A stretch of DNA of 64,000 bases from an uncultured Lentimicrobiaceae bacterium (GTDB lineage: Bacteria; Bacteroidota; Bacteroidia; Bacteroidales; WCHB1-69): the NCBI GenBank assembly GCA_964653595.1, contig CAZZHH010000001.1:40813-104812 (forward strand). Direction: 5' to 3'. Within the stretch, counting starts at the first letter, position 1, and every line of letters begins with the position of its first letter. The notes beneath the pieces were generated by a model, which was not told where the DNA came from, ran no database searches, and saw nothing but the letters and a program-made list of their open reading frames with translations. Shown here piece after piece: positions 57,778-64,000 of this stretch. The position numbers and the translations under genes were made by a program.

Positions 57778-60048
57778 TTAACCCATTTTTTCATAATAAC
57801 CTGTTTTGGGCTGGGATAGTAAATTCCCATTCAATTTTTTCAGTAGTTCATCAACTGTGCGAGTTGGAATATTGTATTTGACTCCTAATTTAACAGCATC
57901 AGCACGTTTAAATGTTTGCGGAAGTTCATTTAATAACATTTGGTTATTGTTGCCAATTTTAAAAGAGTTGAGTTTAGTTTGGCTAGGTAGATTGTGATAC
58001 ATTAATAGACTGTGTTCTAAATAGGAACTAATTAATTGCAAGGCTATCTCGAAGTCTTTGTCTGTACAAGTTACGATTCTTGTATTGTTTTGGTTTTCAA
58101 CTTTGCGAAGTGCCGTAAAGACCATGGCAATTCGGAAAGTAATCATCCCTAATCTTTTAATGATACTGCCCGTGTCATCGCCATTTATTGTGGTAATAAT
58201 GGTTAACTGTTTCTGGAAAGTAGTGTTGAGTAATTGCCATTGGTCTAAAGTGAGTTCCACAATTGTTTCGAAATGAGCCAAATATTCAACCATGGAGAAG
58301 ACACGGAAAGATAGGGAATTGAAATATTCGGTTAGATTGACACTTGATGACTTTGGTGAAACATCTTGCCATACCTGTTCTACACTGAAAACGTAAAACA
58401 TGAATCGGCTAAAAAGACCATCTTCTGAAGATGATATCAGACCAGCAACTTGCGAAGGGGTTCCCGATAAAGCAACGGATATTCTAGGTAGTTCAACTTC
58501 GATAAATTCATTGTTTGTTTTTTTTGAGCTTGAAACTTTTTCGTGATGAAACCCTTTTCGAAGCATTTCGGAATAACCACCCCACTCTTGTTTGACGGCA
58601 TTCACCATTGTATCCGCTTCGGTTTCACACATAATGCCAGCACCTTCATTGTGGTTGAGATGTTGAATAAGTTTTGCATAACTTGTATTTGCAGGAACAA
58701 ATACTACTTTGAACGGAGGTTCGGGAGGAGCATCATCTGCTTTTTCCCCTTTTTTGAGACAACGCAAATGCATTTTGTGTTCGTTAAGTTGGTTTTCGTA
58801 AATAGCTCTTTTTTCTCTGCTCTCGCCAATGACTTTATTGTGATAGTGATTTGCAAGAGCTTTGGCGTGCTTTAACGCCCCCTTGCCACTAGCAGCAGGA
58901 GCAATGATGAAACAATAAAGATTAGGATAAACTTCCTCTTGTGAATATATACCTTTAACATTTGGCAAACAACCGCTTAAAATAGCTAAAGCACTTGTTA
59001 GGAAAACATCTCGCTGACGTTTATCTTTAAAAACGTCTGATCCTAATTTTAATATATCGGGTAAATGGTCGAAGATTTCATCGGGGAGGAATGGAGTGTT
59101 TTTAAGGTGGTCGACTGTTTCCTCCTCTGTACCTGAAGATTCATTAGTAGATTTTGCAGTTTCTGCAAACTTTGCAAACTTTGCAAATTCATCCGTATGG
59201 TTATGGTAAGCACTTTTTGCGGTTGAATTGATTTCAGAAGTGGGAAGATCGAAATTGTCATTTATTAATTGAAGTGCTTCGCTTTCGGGTATTCCAACTC
59301 GATTACAATTGGATGCTAAAAGAAAAATGAAGTTGTTGCGGTTTCCTTCGATGTAACTTTCTTTTATCTGAGTAAATTGAATAGATTCTTCGAAAAGTGC
59401 TTGGTAGTCATTATTGGTACTGGATGTGTTCAATAAATAAACTTGAGGTTTTGAATCTGTTGATTTGACAAAAGCAGATGTTGTGTCAACATTGAATGTT
59501 TGACAATCGGAATTAATGTAGGTTTCGGGATCATAAGACATGAAACAAACACGGATTACGTCTTTACATTTTGTATCGGCTAGAATTCCTAGTTTATCAT
59601 CATAATGTTTTTTTACTTGCATGAGTGCAATGTCGTGTGAATCTATATCCGTGTTCACCGGAATAAATACCTTTAGACCATTGCCACTAGGACTGATAAA
59701 AAGGGCGTAGGTTGTCTTGATTTTTTTAAACAAATTGATTGCTCTAACAAGCTCAGTTGGAAAGAGTTTGTCGTAATCTAAATGAACCATGCCATTGTAT
59801 TGATTGATGAGGTTTGTATTACGGCTTAACTTTTTGTTTTTACCAACATTGAAGGTGCATGAAGGTGTGAAGGTGAAAAGTTTGTTCTTTTGGATGTCGG
59901 CTTCTTCTTTGTTGCCAGAAGCAAGGAGAAAACGGATGTGTTCAATTTCTCCTCTGTATTTGCCTACTTTGATGTCTTGAAGAATTGAGGATAGTTCAAT
60001 ATTCTCAATGTGTTCAGTGAAATTTTTAAATATTGTAACTGTTGCCAT
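57778..60048 (-). CDS. Primase-like (VirE/BT4734-type N-terminal domain) plus DUF3987 P-loop protein
   Basis: 756 aa. The N-terminal third is typical of Bacteroidetes mobile-element VirE-like proteins. The central P-loop is IIAPAASGKGALKHA. Paired with an HTH gene upstream. Confidence 0.65.
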   Translation of the reverse strand: MATVTIFKNFTEHIENIELSSILQDIKVGKYRGEIEHIRFLLASGNKEEADIQKNKLFTFTPSCTFNVGKNKKLSRNTNLINQYNGMVHLDYDKLFPTELVRAINLFKKIKTTYALFISPSGNGLKVFIPVNTDIDSHDIALMQVKKHYDDKLGILADTKCKDVIRVCFMSYDPETYINSDCQTFNVDTTSAFVKSTDSKPQVYLLNTSSTNNDYQALFEESIQFTQIKESYIEGNRNNFIFLLASNCNRVGIPESEALQLINDNFDLPTSEINSTAKSAYHNHTDEFAKFAKFAETAKSTNESSGTEEETVDHLKNTPFLPDEIFDHLPDILKLGSDVFKDKRQRDVFLTSALAILSGCLPNVKGIYSQEEVYPNLYCFIIAPAASGKGALKHAKALANHYHNKVIGESREKRAIYENQLNEHKMHLRCLKKGEKADDAPPEPPFKVVFVPANTSYAKLIQHLNHNEGAGIMCETEADTMVNAVKQEWGGYSEMLRKGFHHEKVSSSKKTNNEFIEVELPRISVALSGTPSQVAGLISSSEDGLFSRFMFYVFSVEQVWQDVSPKSSSVNLTEYFNSLSFRVFSMVEYLAHFETIVELTLDQWQLLNTTFQKQLTIITTINGDDTGSIIKRLGMITFRIAMVFTALRKVENQNNTRIVTCTDKDFEIALQLISSYLEHSLLMYHNLPSQTKLNSFKIGNNNQMLLNELPQTFKRADAVKLGVKYNIPTRTVDELLKKLNGNLLSQPKTGYYEKMG
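59152..59187. repeat. In-frame 9-nt tandem repeat x4 (ctttgcaaa) inside the primase-like gene
   Basis: ttttgcagt ttctgcaaa ctttgcaaa ctttgcaaa, encoding FAKFAKFAETAK on the minus strand. Confidence 0.85.
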
Positions 60049-60128
60049 TATGGATGGTTTAAATTTATACTTTTAAATCACTCCTGCAACCTAGCGAAGC
60101 CAGGATGCAGGAGAATTTAATCGAATGA

Positions 60129-60413
60129 TTATCGTGTACGTGCTTTTACATAATGGCTAGTCAAATGCTCTTCAATGTCTGAGGCCTTGAAGTAGATTTT
60201 GCCACTTATTTGACTGAATGGTAATACACGATTGTCGCGATAGGCTTGCAACGTACGCTTGGATATCTTGAGTAGTAAGCAGACATCCTGAATATCTAAC
60301 CAGATATCGGTTAGCGGTTGGGTACGTTTTTTAGTAACGATGATTTCTTTTAATTCGTTGTAACTGTTTTCAATTTTCTCGAATTGCTCTGATGATAAAA
60401 TTATTGCGTTCAT
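60129..60413 (-). CDS. Helix-turn-helix (excisionase/MerR-like HTH_17) DNA-binding protein
   Basis: 94 aa. WLDIQDVCLLLKISKRTLQAYRDNRVLPFSQISGKIYFKASDIEEHL is typical of small HTH proteins on Bacteroidetes mobile elements. Confidence 0.75.
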   Translation of the reverse strand: MNAIILSSEQFEKIENSYNELKEIIVTKKRTQPLTDIWLDIQDVCLLLKISKRTLQAYRDNRVLPFSQISGKIYFKASDIEEHLTSHYVKARTR

Positions 60414-60527
60414 TTGGAATTTTCTCCTTTTGTTTAAGTAACTTTAATAATTGATTTAATTGTTGTTACGTCGACTTAACGGAGGTAAAATTACACTCTA
60501 ATCAAATGAAAATACTCTACGATTAGA

Positions 60528-60641
60528 AATCGTTGAGTGAATCGTCGAGTGAAATAAAATGAGAAAATTTGATTGAATAAGAGGTGGGGTGGAATTCAGT
60601 ATTTGAAAATTGTATTGAAGAAAAATGGAATCGTTGAGTGA
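60528..60641. repeat. Three copies of a 12-13-nt direct repeat (ATCGTYGAGTGA) upstream of the HTH gene
   Basis: aatcgttgagtga (60528-60540) and atcgtcgagtga (60541-60552) are adjacent. aatcgttgagtga recurs at 60629-60641. Confidence 0.85.
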
Positions 60642-60717
60642 CAAATAAAGAAACAAAGAGTAACCCTATGAATAAATTATAAAGATTAACGACATATTAG
60701 AGAAAAAAGCACAAATA

Positions 60718-61368
60718 TCAACTCTCCAATAACCAATTTTGGTATGCTGTTTTGATTTCATGCCAATATATTTTATCATTAATAGCAACATAAGAAGGAT
60801 GAAAAGCGTGAATACAAAGCCTTACTTTAGATATCGAGTAATAAGTTGTAGTCTTACCTGCTTTTGAAGGATCAACATGTTTTTTAGGAACAGATGAAAT
60901 ATCATAACCAATGCTTTTCAAATCTAAAGCATCAAAATACTGTAAAGTATTACCAAATATCAATACATTAGGACTACAATCACTAATCTGATTTAATAGT
61001 TCATATTTATTTTGGTCATATGCAGATTTTATTGATTTGTTTTCAGAAAATGAACCACCTGGGTATTTATTTATATTTATGTACGCTATTTGCTTAATAA
61101 CATCATATGCTTCTGCATTAGCATAAGGAACATCTGCCCATTCGACATCTGGATACAAAATGCCATATGTAGCGTAAATCATTTTTCTAAAAGTAGGAAT
61201 TGCTAAAGCATTTGGTTTGTGCCAATCAGAGCTTAATTCAGCACATAAATCTCTATCTTTATCATAATCATCAGGAGAAACATTTCCTTCTTTTAGTATC
61301 CACATAATCTTAATTGGAGAACTATAGTATCTATTGATATCAACAATGCCATCTTTTATTTTCTTCAT
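60718..61368 (-). CDS. Hypothetical protein with uracil-DNA-glycosylase-superfamily-like motif order
   Basis: 216 aa. IMWILKEGN (compare family-4 strand-1 plus GEGPG), AYININKYPGGS (compare TNxVKCRPP), NVLIFGNT (compare the third strand, xxxLG), and IHAFHPSYV (compare motif B, HPS/HPA), in the canonical order. The catalytic residues are divergent. Confidence 0.45.
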   Translation of the reverse strand: MKKIKDGIVDINRYYSSPIKIMWILKEGNVSPDDYDKDRDLCAELSSDWHKPNALAIPTFRKMIYATYGILYPDVEWADVPYANAEAYDVIKQIAYININKYPGGSFSENKSIKSAYDQNKYELLNQISDCSPNVLIFGNTLQYFDALDLKSIGYDISSVPKKHVDPSKAGKTTTYYSISKVRLCIHAFHPSYVAINDKIYWHEIKTAYQNWLLES

Positions 61369-61436
61369 ACTTAAATTGATAAATTATCTATTGCTAAACA
61401 CTTTCAATTGCGAATAAGGCTATTTGAATAGTGGGG

Positions 61437-64000
61437 TTATTTATTTGAACGATTAATTCTATTTGGATACAATATTTCTTTATCTATAAAATCAATAGCA
61501 TTATTGATCAATGTGGTTGTATTTTGATTTGAAGGAACTTGTTGAGATTTAATAGTTGTGAATTTATTGCCATTTTCGTCAACAAATAATTCTAGTGAAA
61601 CTTTCCATATATTTTTTGGAATTTGTTTTATTAGTTTTCTTTCTAAATGTATTTGTTTTATGAAATAACAAAGAGATTCTATACCACCAATCCATACAAT
61701 AGGAGTGCTAGGCTTTTGATTGTAGAAAATAGATTCAAAATCATCGAATATTGTATCTGCATGGATTAACTTATCTAAAAGCGCTTTGTAGGTTTTATTG
61801 AGGGTTGATGGGGAGAAATCATCAGATTGTGTATATGCTATAGGTAGAACTTTGTTTTTTCTTGAAATAACTGGGTTTTTTGATTCAGGATGCTTATCGG
61901 CTGAGGTTTTTAAATTAGGAATCGGAATGATGCTAGAATGGATGGAATAGTCAAATGTACTTAAAATGCTTTTACAATTTACCAGAACTAATAAATTGAA
62001 TATATCTGATTTGCGTTGGATGTAATATGGAGTATTAAATTTTGAATGATTAAGAGGGGCGTTTAAAAAGGTGTGTTCCTCTATTTTGAGATCGGGGTCA
62101 GTTGCTTCATAATGTGATTTTAAATTGCTTAAATCAAAGTCTTTGTAATCCTCAAAGTGTTCACTTATTGTTAGGTTCTGATGAAATGGGTTCAGCTCTA
62201 ATTCAATCCTTTTTGAATATATGAGTTTGTTTTCCGTGCTTAATTGAATAAGATTGTCAAGGATTTCTCTTTTTAGGGCTTCTGCTGAATTTGTAATATC
62301 CTCGTTGTATTGAAAGAAGTTACCGGTATATGATTTGAATGATTTTAGAAGATTGGTCAAATTTGAAAGGGTGCTGTAGACTACGGGAGATTCTTTTTTT
62401 GATGTGCTTTCCAATCTTTGGTTAGTGTAGTCTGATAGTTTTTGAATGTAATTTAATTTGACTTTAAGGATTGGGAGTTTTATTTTTTTAATATCAGAAA
62501 CATTAGGCGTAGTGACAAGCTGCTTGTTTAGCTCGTTTTGTTCAATTATGAGGTCAGATTTTAATGATTCCAACTCTTTTGCTATGTTTAATTTTGTTGA
62601 CTCCTTACAGTCTAAAAACAGAGGTCTAAAGGTGTTCTTAATGTAGTCATCGATTTTAAGTTCAAGTTCGGAATCAAATTCATCAATATCATAATAAAAA
62701 CGATTGTTTTTCTTGTCGAAGATAAAGAATTTATCCTCATCATCATAAAGATTTCCTTCTTCAATTTCCTCTTCAGTATTATAAATATTTCCATATTTGT
62801 AACTATGCCAAATTTCAAAAGTATTTTTATCTTCAAAATATTCTATGTTTTCAAACTCTTTGAAAAGATTATTGATGATGTTTGAAGGAGTATTATCAAC
62901 AGTTGGGTCAACGGAAGTTATATTACGATTTAATAAGGATGAAATTGAGTCGAAAAGTTGTTGAGAAATTTCCAGTTTTATCTCAGCAATTGGAATCATC
63001 ATATTTTCAAGACTCCTTTTTTCGGTACGAGAAATGGATGGTTTATCTAAACCGACAATAAATTTTTGTTTTTTAGATTCAATAAAATCAATGGCTAAAG
63101 ATAACATTTTACTGATAGCCTCTAGCTGAGTATAATTGCCTACAAAAAGAACCTTTTGAATAATTTCTTTGTTGAACGTTTCTGCTTTATCATTGAAACT
63201 TTTGTATAAATCCCATGTGTCTTCATATAAACGATCATACTTGTAATCATTTATAAAAAAGCTAAATTCATAATCTTCTTCATCAGCAGTATGCTTTTTA
63301 AAGTAGGATACAGTGTCTGCATAGTAATCAAAATTCTTCAGATCATCTATAAAAAGTTGTGTAGACTTTAAAATTTTAGTTTGAGTATCATCTGAATTTT
63401 TATTAAATGATTCATCTTTGTTTAATTGTAAATACTCATTTAAAAATTTATCATACATCAAAATTGCTTCTGCCTCTGAAAAACAGAAATTAGAATTAAT
63501 GTCATTGCATATTAACTTTGGGAAATTATTTGAAAGCAAATTTTGAATATGTGAAATAATTTCAACAGGATTGTCTAATCTTTTAAAGTTATTTTGAATT
63601 TCGTATTCTATCTCTGGTGTTAACTGATTATTTATAAGAAATTTCAGCAACTTTGAGTGTTTAATGGCAGCAACATCTTGATAATCATTTGAGTGAAAAG
63701 TATTTTTATAGCTTTGAATGAATATATTTTTAGTATGCAATTTATATAAGATTGATTGGTGGGTGAAAATATTCTCCTTCTGAAAATTGAAGATTTCAAG
63801 AAAATCAATAGAACCTAAAACATCTACATTCTTATGATCTAACCAATCCTCGAGTGAAACAGTACAATCAATCCAATTATTGAAATACTGATTTAAGGAG
63901 TCAAAATAATCATTAAAAATGTCCAAATTATCAGGGTGTAATTGATAAAGTATTGCTTCAGTATTATTGGGCTCAATAATGTCGTCTGAAATTATATATT
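61437..64000 (-). CDS. Large hypothetical protein (more than 853 aa; N-terminus outside the window)
   Basis: The frame stays open from the TTG at 63926 to base 63998, so the track start is probably artificial. Very AT-rich and Asn/Lys/Asp/Phe/Tyr-rich. I could find no Walker A or nuclease motif. Confidence 0.6.
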   Translation of the reverse strand, partial: YIISDDIIEPNNTEAILYQLHPDNLDIFNDYFDSLNQYFNNWIDCTVSLEDWLDHKNVDVLGSIDFLEIFNFQKENIFTHQSILYKLHTKNIFIQSYKNTFHSNDYQDVAAIKHSKLLKFLINNQLTPEIEYEIQNNFKRLDNPVEIISHIQNLLSNNFPKLICNDINSNFCFSEAEAILMYDKFLNEYLQLNKDESFNKNSDDTQTKILKSTQLFIDDLKNFDYYADTVSYFKKHTADEEDYEFSFFINDYKYDRLYEDTWDLYKSFNDKAETFNKEIIQKVLFVGNYTQLEAISKMLSLAIDFIESKKQKFIVGLDKPSISRTEKRSLENMMIPIAEIKLEISQQLFDSISSLLNRNITSVDPTVDNTPSNIINNLFKEFENIEYFEDKNTFEIWHSYKYGNIYNTEEEIEEGNLYDDEDKFFIFDKKNNRFYYDIDEFDSELELKIDDYIKNTFRPLFLDCKESTKLNIAKELESLKSDLIIEQNELNKQLVTTPNVSDIKKIKLPILKVKLNYIQKLSDYTNQRLESTSKKESPVVYSTLSNLTNLLKSFKSYTGNFFQYNEDITNSAEALKREILDNLIQLSTENKLIYSKRIELELNPFHQNLTISEHFEDYKDFDLSNLKSHYEATDPDLKIEEHTFLNAPLNHSKFNTPYYIQRKSDIFNLLVLVNCKSILSTFDYSIHSSIIPIPNLKTSADKHPESKNPVISRKNKVLPIAYTQSDDFSPSTLNKTYKALLDKLIHADTIFDDFESIFYNQKPSTPIVWIGGIESLCYFIKQIHLERKLIKQIPKNIWKVSLELFVDENGNKFTTIKSQQVPSNQNTTTLINNAIDFIDKEILYPNRINRSNK

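Larger units (their letters stand above)
37966..64000. mobile_element. tRNA-Ser-associated integrative genomic island carrying defence cargo; right end beyond the window
   Basis: A tyrosine integrase lies immediately 3' of the tRNA. There is an abrupt switch from housekeeping genes to BREX, TA, primase, excisionase-like and orphan genes. No second copy of the tRNA 3' end was seen inside the window. Confidence 0.75.

Noticed and set aside
60081-60113. 8-bp hairpin ctcctgca/tgcaggag between the HTH and primase-like genes, considered as a terminator
   Set aside because: There is no U-run on the transcribed minus strand and the loop is 17 nt. It is kept only as a possible attenuator-like structure, not called as a feature.

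Overview
AT-rich Bacteroidota chromosome segment, judged from a T9SS type-B sorting-domain protein, ftsK followed by a LolA-like gene, TAnnTTTG -7 boxes and a Bacteroidetes-type tyrosine integrase. Bases 1 to about 37.9 kb are core housekeeping genes: SRAP, lepB, ftsK, an Omp85-family protein, a RecD-like helicase, holB, a UbiD-family decarboxylase, ABC-F, rimO, rsgA, MscS, a complete rnfBCDGEA operon, umuD/umuC, ackA, OmpA-family proteins and a rhomboid protease. A tRNA-Ser(CGA) at 37876-37965 is followed by an integrase and a genomic island of more than 26 kb that runs off the right edge. The island carries a complete type 1 BREX system on the minus strand (42963-57675: brxA-brxB-brxC-pglX-[abiEi-abiEii]-pglZ-brxL). 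An AbiE toxin-antitoxin pair is nested between pglX and pglZ, with two 29-bp inverted-repeat operators upstream of abiEi. The island also has a VirE/DUF3987 primase-like gene and an HTH excisionase-like gene. The best candidates for something undescribed are four uncharacterised parts of the island. (i) A 216-aa protein with uracil-DNA-glycosylase-like motif order, paired with a protein of more than 850 aa that has no recognisable motifs (60718 to the window edge). (ii) A 223-aa orphan directly downstream of brxL. (iii) A 1.4-kb gene-poor stretch (40761-42174) containing a GC-rich, purine-skewed 0.65-kb block and an 85-nt extended hairpin. (iv) Two small orphans next to the integrase. The window also contains unusual heptamer and 16-mer word repeats and REP-like hairpins; one cluster separates umuD from umuC by 583 bp. 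All homology calls rest on motifs read by eye from the translations. No database search or computation was possible.
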